From contig CDPCPM010000054.1 in assembly GCA_976551045.1 (NCBI GenBank), forward strand, positions 24,366,001 through 24,430,000: a stretch of DNA of 64,000 nucleotides, written 5' to 3'. Position numbers and translations under genes: made by a program. A model generated the notes under the pieces. The model saw only the letters and a list, made by a program, of their open reading frames with translations. It did no database searches and was not told the origin of the DNA. Numbering within the stretch: position 1 is the first letter of the stretch; every line of letters begins with the position of its first letter. Below are positions 1-12,621 of this stretch, in pieces. Source of the stretch: Glaucostegus cemiculus. Lineage: Eukaryota.

Positions 1-472
1 TGAAGGAAATGAGTTAGCATTTGTGTAAAAACAGAAATTTATTAGGAATTTAACAGACAAAATATATCATAAATGTCAAATAGTTGCATTTACTTAGTAT
101 TTTCAACATTGCAAATAATCACAGACACTTCAGAGGAGCATGAGGAATTGGAAATCAAACTTTTAAAACATGTTTTAGGGTCAAATGTCAGAAATGAATG
201 TCCCTGACATTGGACCTTACCTTTGTCTGGGGAAATACTGGCTCATCACCAGTCAGGAACATACCAGGACCGACTTGATTTGATGTTGAACTTTCCAATG
301 CTTGGTCGAAACCAACTCCACATCAGGGTGTCGGCCTTCCATATTCTGAGCTCTTTCATCAGGCAGGAGGTCCAAATCCACAACTGGGATGCCCCCAGCT
401 CTGTTTCATTATCCTGTGCTTTCAAGCTCCTGTAATGGAAAAACCCACATTGGTAGTTACTGTTAAGAATCT

Positions 473-1070
473 ATTCTTCTTCTTTTCCCTCCTTCTCCCT
501 TCTGTCCCTCTTCATCCTCATCTTCCTCTTTCTCCTCTTCCTGTCTTCTCCCTCCTCCCTTCTTTCTCTTTCTCCCTCTTTCTCCCTCTTTCACACTTCT
601 CCTCTCTTCTTCTCCCTTCTTCTCCCTCCTTCCCCCTCCTTTATTTTGGGGAGTGGAAATTGCCAGTGAGTGCTTTCCATGTGGGATGGCTGTAACACAG
701 GAATTACCACACAGAAGAATGAGGTCCTGGTTTAGAGAGAGAGTGGGGTCCAAAACAACTGGAGATCAAGCTCAGACTCTCTGACTCCTCCTCACATTCC
801 CCACACCAATAATCCCCTTGATCTGTCTCCCTTTCCATCCTCCCTGTTCCTGAATCTCTTCCATTTATATATCCTCCTACTATTTAGTCTCCACACACTC
901 TCTCATGTTCCCCTTCCTCTCATTCTTGATAACACCCTCTTTCTTGTACCCTGTTACTTTATCCCCTCCTTTCTTCCTGGCACATAGCTCCCCTACCCCT
1001 CTCTTACATCACCCAAACTTCTGCTCCACTTCCCCCCAATTCTCCATATCCCTCTCCTCACTCCTAAACC
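473..1070. repeat. Pyrimidine-rich (C/T) low-complexity tract
   Basis: Nearly pure C/T at 473-645 (ttcttcttttccctccttctcccttc...), with further C/T-rich sequence to about 1070. Confidence 0.85.
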
Positions 1071-1234
1071 CTGAGAATAACCTAGTGCAGTAAAGACATT
1101 AGGCAGCATATAATTCTAAAGTAATCTCTTTAGATATTACTTTTCCACTACAATTCCACTCAAAAACATTACGAAAACTTCGATTACTAATCATGATTGA
1201 TTGCTGATATCATGCTACTGACTCACAACAGTTT

Positions 1235-2095
1235 TGGTGGCACAGTGGCACAGCCAGTAGAGCAGTGGCACACCAGAGACCCAGGCTCAACGCCGACCTT
1301 GGGTCCCAATATGGGGAGCGTGTACATTCTCACTGTGACCATGTGGGTTTCCACCTACATCTAAAAGTTGTGCAGATTGGAAGGTAAATTGACTGCACTG
1401 AAGTTCCCCTCGTGTATAGGTAAGTGGCAGAACCTGGGGAGAGTTGATGAGAATATGGGAGAATAAATAATGGGATTATAGAATCATGGAGTCATACAGC
1501 ACAGAATCAGGCCCTTCGGCCCAACCAGTCCATGGCAACCAAGATTCCCATCTAAGCTAGTCCTATTTGCCTGTGTTAGGTCCATATCCCTCCCAAACCT
1601 TTCGCTTCCATGGACCTGTCCAAGTACATTTGAAATGATGTTAATGTACCTACCTCAACCACTTCCTCTGGAAGTTCATTCCATGTACACACCACTCTCT
1701 GGGTGAAAAAGTTCTCCCACAGGTTTCTATTAAATCTCTCCTCTACCAGCCTAAACCTATGCCTTCTAGTCCTCTTTTCTCCACTCTCTCTAGCTTTTTA
1801 GCATTCTTCTTATAACAGGGTAACCAAAACTGAACACAATATTCCAGATGCAGCCTCACCAATGTCTCATATAACTGCAACAGAACCTTCCATGTGATGA
1901 AGGCCAGCGTGGCAGAAACCTTCTTCACCACCCTATCTACCTGCGATACCACTTTCGGGAAACCATGTACTTATTCCTATGTCCCTCTGTTCTACAAAAG
2001 ATCAATGTAGGATTGGTGTGAGCAGGTGGTTGCTGGTCGACACAAACTAGGTGGGCTGAAAGACCTGTTTTCCTTTTTGTATCTATCCATGTCTT
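1235..2095 (+). mobile_element. tRNA-derived SINE (HE1/V-SINE-like), split by a CR1 insertion
   Basis: Head ggtggcacagtggcacagccagtagagc...gagacccaggctcaa and core to gggatta (1478). It resumes at 2000 as gatcaatgtaggattggtgtg...gggctgaagacctgtttt, colinear with the unbroken copy at 38460-38560. Confidence 0.8.
1479..1999 (-). mobile_element. CR1-type LINE 3' fragment nested in a SINE
   Basis: ORF 1743..1952 reads LYETLVRLHLEYCVQFW (CR1 RT C-terminus). The CR1 tail gggccgaagggcctg and the ...gactccatgattcta repeat are on the minus strand. Confidence 0.88.
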
Positions 2096-2151
2096 TATGA
2101 AAAGCATGGTCTTATTAGGGACCGTCAGCATGGCTTTGTGTAGGGCAAGTC

Positions 2152-3090
2152 ATGTGAATGATTTAGACAAAAATGCAGATGGGCTGATTGGTAAGGTTGC
2201 ACATGACACAAAAATTGGTGGGGCTGTGGATAGTGAAGAAGGTTGTCAAAGGATACAGCAGGATATAGGTTATTTGGAAATATGGATAGAGAAATGGCAG
2301 ATGGATTTCAAACTAGAAAAGTGTGAGTTGTTGAACTTTTGGAGATGAAATATAAAGGGAAAATATACATTAAATGGCAGGACCCTTAGGACCATTGATG
2401 TACAGAGGGAATCTTGCGCTGTAAGTCCATAGCTCCCTGAATGTGGCAAGACAAGTGGATAGGGTGGTAAAGAAGGTGTACGGCATGCTGGCTTTCATCG
2501 GTTGGGGCATTGTGTATAAAAGTTGGGAGGTCATGTTGCAGCTGTATAAAACAACCACATTTGGAGTACTGCGTGCAGTTCTGGTTACCATGTTGCAGGA
2601 AGGACGTGAAGGCTATGGAGAGGTTGCAGAAGAGATTTATCAGGATGTTGCCTAGATTAGAGAGTATTATAGAAAAGGATGTTGGACAAACTTAGATTGT
2701 TTCCTCTGGAGCGTCAGAGGGGAGACCTGTTGGTGGTTTATAAAATTATGAAAGGCATAGATAAGGTAGACAGTTTTTTTCCAAGGATGGAAATTTCAAA
2801 TATCAGAGGGTATAGCTTTAAGGTGAGAGGGGGAATGTTTAAAGCAGATATGCGGGGCAAGTTTACACAGAAAGTGATAGGTACCTGGAACACACTGCCA
2901 GGGGTGGTGGTGGAAGCAGATATGAAAACAATGTTTAAGAGGCAATTAGATAGGTACATAAATATGCATGGATGGGGGATATCGATCATGTGCAGGTAGA
3001 TGGGATTAGTTTAATTTGTGATCCTGTTCGGCACAGACATCTTAGGATGAAGGGTCTGTTCCTGTCCTGTACTGTTCTGTGTTCTTTGTC
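2152..3090 (+). mobile_element. CR1-type LINE, 5'-truncated and frameshifted (RT core to 3' tail)
   Basis: KVAHDTKIGG (decayed FADDTK), WQMDFKLEKC, HLEYCVQFW, RGDLLVVYKIMKG and WNTLPGVVVEA in shifting frames; tail cctgtcctgtactgttctgtgttc. Confidence 0.92.
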
Positions 3091-3724
3091 TTAATCTGCC
3101 ATTCATCTGCTCCTTTGTAACCTCACAGATCTAAGATTTGTTAATATAAAAACATTCAGGAGTCAAGAAAAGCTCCTTGGCTAAATCAAAGTTTATGCTT
3201 TTCAGCCTGCCCTGTGGTTTAATCTACTGTTAGTGAATTAATTGTTCCTTGCATTAATTAATTGTTTTGTTCTCTTAGCAGCTTCATTTGGAGAAAGTTT
3301 TTTGAAGGTTTATGCAGCAAATAGAATGGACAACTAAGCAACTGCAGTAATACTGTGAAGCTACTTGTTAAGATGATAACCAAGCATTAAATCATAGAAC
3401 TGCAGACGCTAGTTAATTCTCCTGGGTAATGTGCATATCATTATCTCACTTTGTTCTGATTGGCATAGATATAGGTGTGTAAAATTGTCTGCAAGATCCC
3501 ACATATCTGTACATGTCTATAGTAACAAGGACGTCATGTTTTATTTACCAGAAGGTAAAATTATTTGCAGGATTAATTGCTCCTTTTGTACAACCTATCA
3601 CCAGTTAAAAGGATAAATTCCCAAACATTTGATATTCATCCATACATTCCTTTCAGAAATGCAAGGTCAAAATCAAATAAGCTGTCTCGCCTGGGGGGAG
3701 GGATGGGAGATCATGAGGAAAGAA

Positions 3725-3960
3725 GGATCTTACATCTTGCCTTTCATGACCTTGAATCATCCAAAGCATTTCACAGCCAGTGAAGTACTGTAGAAGTGTA
3801 GGTATTGATGTACTGTAGGAAGAGGCAGCAACTAAACTGTCTGCAAATTTCACAAGCAACAATGGAATTAATGGCCATACAAATTATCATTAATAACTTT
3901 TGTCAAAATGTTGGCAAGAATCCAAAAGAGCTATCCTGTTCTTCCTCAAATATTTCCATC
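3725..3960 (-). mobile_element. Ancient Deu-domain SINE relic (AmnSINE1/SacSINE1-like)
   Basis: caaagcatttcacagccagtgaagtac...gtaggaagaggcagcaactaaactg...gcaaatttcacaagcaacaatg resembles the reverse complement of the Deu-SINE 3' region as I recall it; similar pieces at 38640 and 40970. Confidence 0.55.
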
Positions 3961-4201
3961 CAAAGTATTTGCTTGGGCAATTAGACATGTCTTCATTTCA
4001 TGGGTCTGAGCACCCTGATGGCAAACTAGTGGGTCTGTAGAGATCCATTACGTCGTTGAGGTGTGCACATCAGTACTGTTAGAACTTCCATGCCTATGCA
4101 CTGCAGCATAGAGATTTGGAACATTCTGGAGCTGAGATGCTCCCACATTGCCCAGGTACCCACCATTCCAATCCAATCAAATTTATGGCAATTCAAAAGG
4201 A

Positions 4202-4956
4202 AATCAGAATCAGAATCAGTTTTATTGTCACAACCATATACATACATAGTATGCATAGGAGTGAGATACCGTCCTCCTCAGGTGCTCGTCCCATTAAATA
4301 ACAACCAACAGAGACACACAGACACACTTAACAAAATAAACATTAAAAAACATTAAACGTTAAAAACTACGGAAGTTAAAACTAAATTAATACGCAAATT
4401 AAATCAAAAATGGCCGGTAAATAAATAAATAGTTATTAAAGTGAACGGGCTGATGGCGGGCATTTAAAGTGCTGGTGCATTCCTGTGCACCTAGCATCTC
4501 TTAGTGTTAACAAGGAAGGTGGAGGGATGAGAGAGTTCGCAGTTCTGATGGCTTGCGGAAAGAAGCTATTGTTCAGCCTGGTCATTCTTGCCCTGATACA
4601 TTTAAGCCTCCTTCCCGATGGCAAAATTGTAAAGAGGTGATGGGAGGGGTGAGAAGGGTCGGCCATTATGCTTTTGGTCTTCCTCACACAACGGTCCTTG
4701 TATATGTCTACGAGGGGTGGAAGAGAGACACCTATGATCCTCTCCGCAGCCCTAACTATCCTCTGGAGGAACTTCCACCCAGCAGCTGAGCAGCTTCCAA
4801 ACCAAACAGTGATACATTGGGTTAGGATGCTCTCAATGGTCCCTCTATAGAAAGTTTTTATAACGGAGGGATGGGAGTTCGCTTTCCTCAGTCTCCGCAG
4901 GAAGTAGAGGCGTTTCTGAGCTTTCTTCGTGAGGGCCGTAATATTAGTGGACCAGG
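4202..4956 (-). mobile_element. Rex1/Babar-type LINE 3' fragment (young subfamily)
   Basis: ORF 4436..5062: WSTNITALTKKAQKRLYFLRRLRK...FYRGTIESILTQCITVWFG...LPSGRR...NSFFPQAIR; tail gtgacaataaaa(ctgatt)n; sister copy at 35415-36337. Confidence 0.9.
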
Positions 4957-5271
4957 TCCACTGTGCAACATCGGCTGTGCAACACTGTGAAATGTCACAA
5001 AGAATAACCTTGCTATTTAGCTGACAAAATTGTTCCCTCACTGATCCCTGTTTTATATCCACAACCTATGTTGGTTCAAATAGTGCAATGATTCCATTAG
5101 TTTACTGAAATAATGGGCTGGATCCTGTTTGATCTGACCCAGCCCCCCAAGCTCGCCCTATGTGCTAGCCCCATTGCATCCATCCCTTGTGGCCTGATGA
5201 CTTCAAAGCCCCAGTCCAGTGAACATCCCAACGCAGTGGTGACTGAACCTGTGAAAACTGGGAGGGAACCA

Positions 5272-5832
5272 AGAGTCAGGAAGTTATATTGCAGCTTTAT
5301 AAAACTCTGGTTTGGCCACACCAGGAGTATTGTGAAGGCTTTGGAGAGGGTGCAGAAAAGGTTTACCAGGATGCTCCATGAGTTAGAAGGTATGAGCTAT
5401 GTTGGATAAACAAGGGTTGTTTCCTTTGGAGCTACAGACATTGAGGGGGAGATCTGATAGAAGTTTATAAGATTACGAGAGGCATAGATAGAGTAGACAG
5501 GCAGTATCTTTTGTCTCCTAGGTCAAAATGTCTAATGCTGGAGGGCATGCATTTAAGGTGAGAGGGAGTAATTTCAAAGGAGATGTGTGCAGGGCAAGTT
5601 TTTTACATAGAAAGTGCTGGATGCCTGGAAATCGCTGCCAGGAATGGTGGTGAAGGCAGATACGACAGAAGCGTTTAGGAGGCTCTTAGACAGGCACATG
5701 AAAGGATATGGACTTGTGAAGGCAGAAGGGATTAGTTTAGTTAAACTTTTAATTACTAGTTTAATTAGTTCAGCACAACATCATGGGTTGAAGGGCCTGT
5801 TCCTGTGCTGTACTGGTCTATGTTCTATGTTT
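5272..5832 (+). mobile_element. CR1-type LINE 3' fragment
   Basis: KALERVQKRFTRML, WKSLPGMVVKA; tail gaagggcctgttcctgtgctgtactggtctatgttctatg. Confidence 0.9.
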
Positions 5833-7470
5833 TGATGACCATCTAATGAACATGGTGGTGACTGAGCTTGTGAGAACCATTTGTTAATTGGCACTGATCT
5901 AATCCTGGATTCCCTACACACTGCAGTAGTTCACAGAGGTAGCTCAGCGCCAAATTACCAAGGATAATTAGGGATGCACAATTAATGCTGGCCTCGCCAT
6001 TGATGCCAATATCCAAAAACCTAACTACCCTTGAGAGCTCAAGCATTCAAAGGTCTGTTTCACCATTCCCAGATGATCAGAGATATTTCAAAACAATTGA
6101 AATTGGTTTAAACAATAGAGTCATAGAGTATTATTCTGTATTCTGAACGTGTCCCAGTTAGCACCTTGTTTTTTGCCTTCTGGAGTTCCAAATCTACTGT
6201 ATCTACTCTGCTTCCCAGATCAACTCTTTCTGCTGGCAATTAAAAAATGTAATCAAATTGATTTGATTTAACAATACCTGCCATTGGGAATCAAAACTAA
6301 GGTAGATAGATGCCAGTCTGCAGCCTGGTGATATGAGGACCAATGTGCTACTCTTCCAAATTACTTGCACATTAAAAGGACCTCCTATTTTAACAAGTAA
6401 CCCTTTTGAACATCCTGGGACAGAACTGGGAGAGGACTGGAGTGAACACTGTGATGCTGAGAATGGGCCAATTAAGCATTCACTGCTATTTTTGGGATGA
6501 TCCTGTCACATCTCTGCCAGGTCTGTAGCCTTCAAATCTCTACCCTTGTGTCATTGTTATCTATCTATGAATATTACAGACTGGGTAGATGATCTAATGA
6601 TTGATTTTAAAATGAACTAAAAACCTTTTCAGATACAAGTGTGTTGCCTTAAATATGTATAAAAAGCTCTTTCCTTTCCCTGATGTGAAACATCATTGTC
6701 AGTGATTGACAAAGTATAAGCAATATCCAGAGATTTAATTCAAATGTGTTGCAGATCTGAAATCACTGCTTTGGATAGTTATCCAATATTGCTGCTGTAC
6801 TGTACAATATTAAATACTTCCTATATCTCTCTGCATCTGCATTATTTAATTGATAAGGGTTTTGTTTCAATTATGTGAGGATTTACATTTTGTTCCAATG
6901 ACGAATACAAACCAAAGAAACCTGGAGCTGGATCTGGCTGTGAATGTACAAATGGTCCTTTTGCCATGTTCAATATTATTCTTGATGTCCTGCCAAGACA
7001 ACTGTTGTTGCAGAATAATTGATGGAGGCTGCAGATACAGAGGACAAATGAAGGTTATACTATAATTTAATGAGCTAACTCTCTTAGACACACACCTCGC
7101 ACAACCTCTGTATCACTCATCTACCTGCAATGTACTAATGCAGTTGTAAAATCATTTGCTTTGTATTAACCGTGATTTCTGACCCCAGATGGGTTTATGG
7201 TGGATGAATGTTTATGCTCTTATCTAATCCCTTTACTTCAGAGTTGTGATGAGTTACCTGAATATGATCCCAAGTAATCTCATCAGAAATATACAGTTGT
7301 GTTTGGGTTTTTAAGCAGTACACTTACCAGTATCTGGTGGCTTGTTGTACCTCTGATTCATTATTGGCCAGTGTGAGAAGGAAATACATCCATTTACCCT
7401 GATTTTCAAAAAATGTTTCCCTGGCAACCAATGCCCTGAGTGTTCATGATATATAACTCTAATTTTTTGT

Positions 7471-7906
7471 AATTGGTTTATTATTGTAGCATGTACCGAG
7501 ATACAGTGAAAAGCTTTGTTTTGCATGCCATCCAGACAGATCATTCCAAACATAAGTACATTGAGATAGTAGAAAAGGAAATGTAATAACAAAATGCAGA
7601 GTATAGTGTTACAGTTACATAGAAAATGCAGTGCAGGTTGGCAAATAAGATGCAAGGGCTGATGAAGTAGATTGAGAGATTAAGAGTTCATCTTTATCAT
7701 ACAAGAAGTCCATTTAAGCCTCTAACAACAGGATAGAAGCTGCCCTTGAGCCTGGTGGTATGTGTTCTCAAGCTTTTGTATCTTCTGCCTGAATTGAGGG
7801 TGGAGAAGAGAGAATGACCCGGGTGGGAAGGGTCTTTGATTGTGTTGGCTGCTTTCCTGAGGCAGCGGGAAGTGTAGGTGGAGTCAATGGAAGGGAGGCT
7901 GGTTTT
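7471..7906 (-). mobile_element. Rex/Babar-type LINE 3' end
   Basis: KTSLPSIDSTYTSRCLRKAANTIKDPSHPGHSLF...SGRRYKSLRTHTTRLKGSFYP; tail tttcactgtatctcggtacatg...aataataaaccaatt. Confidence 0.88.
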
Positions 7907-9637
7907 TGTTTTGCAATCCATGGGTTCAGCTCCAGGTTGTTGAGTTTGCCAAACTCTACTGGTCTCAGCCCTCTTTAGAAAAAGAATGGAAAAGGTCAGC
8001 TGGTGTCCCTGCTTCGAGTCACTAACACCAACCCTTGTTGCAAAGCAGGTCCCAGCAGGCATGAGATTTAGGGAGAATTTTTTTTCTGCATTCAGTTTGA
8101 ATGCTGTGGCTCCATTTTACAATTGAAACCAGAACCAGTGAAGACATGGCCAGTGGCAAGGAGCAGAACTTAGGTAACCCCTTGAAAGCCATAGACCACT
8201 CAAAAGCAAACCCCAGCATAAAGTTATTTCTGGAGTCTGGACACTGGAAAGGAGCCCAGAGGAAGTTTCCAGCTGCACTTGGCACACTGCAGTTTAATCC
8301 CCCGCCAGTTTAATTAGAGAGGGAGGGGAGGTGGGTTTAAAATCAAATGCTCATGTTAACTTTCAGAAAATGAAATTGGCAGTGATGGCAAGATGTCAGA
8401 GAGCTACTGATACCCAGTGAACTGTTGCTGGTACAGTATCAACACAGGAACGTTCCATGGGAAGAGGAGAGCTGGTCGGGGTGAATGAAGTGTGTGCAGG
8501 ATTCCTTCCTGGTTACTGCCTGCAACATCCTGTTCTGCTCCTCAGTCACATCCTCTCCTTTTCACAGCATTTCCCTATCTGAGACTTGAGTACTCATTAA
8601 TCCTGTTTGACACACCAGAACCAACTGTGCTCACTGCTCCAGAATTTTCTGAATTTTTAGAAAATAATTACTCTTCAAGGCTGTTCACCTCAAGAGTTAC
8701 CCATCACAAACTCTGTTCCTTTTTCAGAGGAAAGCCAAACTGAAACCTCAACATTCTGATTCACCATGGACTGAGCTCTGCACTTCATATCTTCTCCATC
8801 ACTGTAAGGATGTATTCCTTCTTCAGTAATATCACCCAGCTCCAGGGTCTGGTACATCCAGACGTGGCCACTCCAATGTCCTGCTGGCCAACCCTCCACC
8901 ATCTGAGAACATGAGCTCAATCAAACTCCGTTGTCTCTGTCCTAACAGAAACCATTCCATTCACCTGTCATTCCTGAAAGTAACAGCTTTATATGTGATA
9001 TGGCTTGATCATATAATCCTCCCTCTTGTTTATATTGTGTTTATTCTTTACTCACTGAAAGTCCTCCAGTTCCTTCATCCTGATTCTTCTGAATCCATGA
9101 ATTGTTTCCTGGTTGGACACAAGTCAATCCGATGGCTTCTTTTTAAATGCATATGTTTCTCCCTCGGTAACCTCTTCAGTTCATCCATACAGGACCATTC
9201 TTTATTCCCCAGCCTTGTCACTCCTGGTTCCATTGGCGCTCTTGTTGCTGAATAGTTAAGCCAGTAATTCTTCTCAAGCCATCAACATCTTGCTCTTTGC
9301 TGGCCACCAGAGTAAAATGAGAACATTTGCTGACAAGTGTGTGAACAACATTGACAGAAATAATAATTTTTTTGTTGTATGTTTCTCAGATTACAATGCT
9401 TTGCAGCAGCCAATATCCTTAGCTGTATGTTCCTCATTGCAATTCATATTAAGCCTCACATCACTAGACTTATGTTGGGTTTTCAAATACTACCTGTTTA
9501 CTTGCCATGATCCATTTGCATTGGTAATATGGGCAGGCAAAATCAAGAAATTCAGAAGTGTGTAGACAGCACAAAGTCTCCTAACATAATATGATGTATT
9601 CAACATTTGCAATTTACACAGAAAGTGGTTGATATCT

Positions 9638-9825
9638 GAATGTGCTGCCAAAGGAAGTGGTGGAATCAGATACAATCATTATGTTTAAGAGGCATTTAAA
9701 CAGACAACAGGAAAGGCATAGAAGGATACCGTCCTAATGCGGGCAAGTGGGATTAGGTCAGCATGGTTGTGGTGGGCTGAAAGGCCCATTTCTGTGCTGT
9801 GAAATCCCATGGCTCTGTGACTGTA
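9638..9825 (+). mobile_element. CR1 3' tail fragment
   Basis: gaatgtgctgccaaaggaagtggtggaatcaga...gggctgaaaggcccatttctgtgctgt. Confidence 0.75.
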
Positions 9826-10774
9826 GCACTTTTCTTTTCCAGAATCATAACACATGACAAACAATACATGCCCATGCAAAGAGGGAAACCTCCACTAAGT
9901 AAGACCATGACTAGAAGTACATAATTTACTTCAAACCTTACACTGATTTGATGACCTGTTGAAGCACAAAACCTTTCAATGTGTTGCACAAATGAAAATG
10001 TAGATTGAGCTCAAGCGATTGTACATTTGATGCAAAATTCACCAAATCTAAGCTCCCAATTCAACTGCAGCATCTTTTTGAATCAGATTTTTCATTGGGA
10101 GCATAATCCATTGAAAGCAGAATATTTAAAACCAGTTCCAAGCTGGGTATTTAATATATTTATTGTCCCCATTAAGCATTGTATCATGATTAATAATCAA
10201 TGAACAGTTCTAGGCACAGTATCTTGTAAGGGAATCACTAAGAAGTTCATCACAGTTGATTCTTTTTTCTCCATATTGATCTGCTGTCTGTTTGCTTTTT
10301 ACCCTACAATGTGATGGACAGTTGTAGATCAAATATTCCATAATTACTTTTGACAAAATGCAACTGGCACAGATTCTTGCAAAGATTTGAACTGCACCAA
10401 GCAGATTGAAAAAAAAACTTCCAAAGCACATAAGGAACATAAATCATAGCAGAATGAGTAGACTATGAAGCCCCTCCAGCCTCTTTACTATTCAAAGACC
10501 ATCTCAGATGATCTTTCAACTTAGCTCAACTCCATTTCAAGTTTACAGTGGTCTGATTCCCTATGAATCAAAAAACCAATTGATTTCAGCCTTTCAATCC
10601 AAAGCAAACAACACCACAACTCACCATATCATATTCCATCTGCCACCTTCTGATTTGTTTAATTACCCTATCTACATCTGTGTAGACTCTTTGGCTGTTA
10701 AGTTAGGCTCTGCTGTTTTTTTGGCTCTATGGATGTCAATTTGATCCCAGTTTGCTGTTTTATGTTAATCATTT

Positions 10775-11612
10775 TTTGGGATCTGGATCTCACAGGCAAG
10801 ACCAGCATTTAGTGCCCATCTCTAAGCACTCTTGAGATGGTGGGGTGAGCCACCTCCTTGAACTGCTGCACTCTTTCTGATGAAGGTGCTCCCATAGTAC
10901 TGTTGAGTAGGGAGTTCCAGAATTTAGACCCATCATATGAATGACGGGCACCTAAGTCACAAATCAAGATGGTGGATTATACGAACTGCATACCTTTAGC
11001 ACAACATGTATCATTGAGCAATTGGTAGTACAGCTGATGTCCGCTGATGTATGCAGGCTAAGTAAACTGGGTATTGTTCCTTGTGCAATGCTGCTTTGAT
11101 TTCCAGCATTGCTAAACTGAGCTGTGGCAATCCAGCCAATTTCATGTGCAATTGTACATGGTGATCCTAACATAAAGCTCCAGGTAGAACACAACTGCAC
11201 AATATAATGTGATTCATGGTGATGACAAGTTTGTTGTTTACTGACAGTGAGTAAAGTTGCCATAGCCAGTCGGTGATTGTTTTTGTTCGAAGATTTAAAC
11301 CTCTCTAAAATCTAGAAAAGTACCACGGCCTGAGTTGAGATGACATCCTTAATTTCTTCCTTTAGCCTTAATTTCTTCCTTAATTTCTGCCTGAAATGTG
11401 AGGTTTGTTGTCCATTTCCTGAGCCTGTGTTTATTAGTTTTTTATTTAGGTTTAAGATCTAGGTGTCACTGGAAAGGCCACACTTATTGCCCATCCCAAA
11501 TAGTCCTCAAGAAGGTGGTGATTAGCCACTTTCTTGAACCACTGCAGTCCTTCTGGTGCAGGTAATCCCACTGTGCTGTTGGGGAGGGAGTTCCAGGATT
11601 AGACCCAGTGAC
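10775..11612 (-). mobile_element. Two 3'-end fragments of an old LINE family (10775-10945, 11455-11612)
   Basis: Both share ...gcccatc...ct(t/c)(g/a)agat/aaggtgg...agccac..cttgaac..ctgca..c.ttctg.tg.aggt...ctgttg...agggagttccag; the same family occurs at about 5930, 19600, 24870, 31850 and 59700. Confidence 0.7.
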
Positions 11613-11650
11613 ACAGGACCAGCCTGATAAGGAGAATAATGAGAGGGACC

Positions 11651-12353
11651 TGTTGTGTGAAATGTTTCTTTCACTGTCTTAAGGATCAAGAACTCTAAAC
11701 ACCAGCTTTGTAGATCAAAGCTAGTTTAATCAAAAAGGCAAATGCAGGAACAGAATGGATGGGAACAGACACACACTCACTCACACAGAATACCATGAAC
11801 ACGAGAGAGGGATAGCAACTGGGGTAGAATACACTCACACTCACACACTGATACACACAAGCACTCAGTAACAAAATACAACTTCAGATATAACACTTCA
11901 ATGCTGGGCCCACCTTAGCATTGGCTCTAAAGACTGCCCAGAGCCTGAGTAGAATGCTCCTTGACCATGTGGTGATGCACTCTTACCAATTATCTCTGCA
12001 GCATGGTCTCACTACTTCTGGGGTCATCAAAAGAGACCAGGATACGGGGCTCAGCCCTTTTTATGGTGCTGGAAGGCTGGATGGAGCCTTACTGTTATGA
12101 TTTGAAGGAGCCAATAGTGGGGAGGTCAAGGACAAGGGCCTCTGCCACAGCCAATGGTCAAACAAGTTCAGAGACCAAAGAACTGGTCAGACAGGTCCAG
12201 AGTCAAGAGACACTCTCACACCTGAGGGATGGGTGGAGCCACACCTTGATTGACAGTAGTATGACTTCCGATTAGTAGAGCAATGCTGCCCTCTGGTCAG
12301 CCGGGGTCAGTGTCATTACTGTCATGTGACAGCCATGTTGGTTTCTCACAACA
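11651..12353 (-). mobile_element. Solo LTR (LTR retrotransposon/ERV), 703 bp
   Basis: TG...CA ends with a 12-bp imperfect terminal inverted repeat (tgttgtgtgaaa / tttctcacaaca); 4-bp flanks gacc/gaac (1 mismatch); minus-strand TATA-like CATAAAAAG near 12060 and ATTAAA at 11725-11730. Confidence 0.75.
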
Positions 12354-12621
12354 GAACTCAAGCACAGGGCAACTTTCCAGAAAAGGGAGGAGACAGGAGG
12401 AAAGTCCCCACTGCAGAGCAATCTATCTGCCATGTTTGTTAAGGGAGCATTTCCTCTACCTGAACCTCAGTAAAACGTCAGGAGACTCCATATTGTTATC
12501 AGCCATGCTGCAGCTCAATTACAACTGCAGGTGTGGTGGGGGCCATGTTGTCTATGGTGGTGAAGGTGAGTGTAGTTCTCAATGTCTTCATCTCATGATC
12601 ATGGAGGGATAAAGTTTGGAA

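Noticed and set aside
435-753. Hydrophobic (+) and charged E/K/R-rich (-) ORFs
   Set aside because: Translations of a C/T low-complexity tract
4436-5062. 208-aa ORF as a host gene
   Set aside because: It is the C-terminal part of a 5'-truncated Rex LINE ORF, extended by chance into flanking DNA
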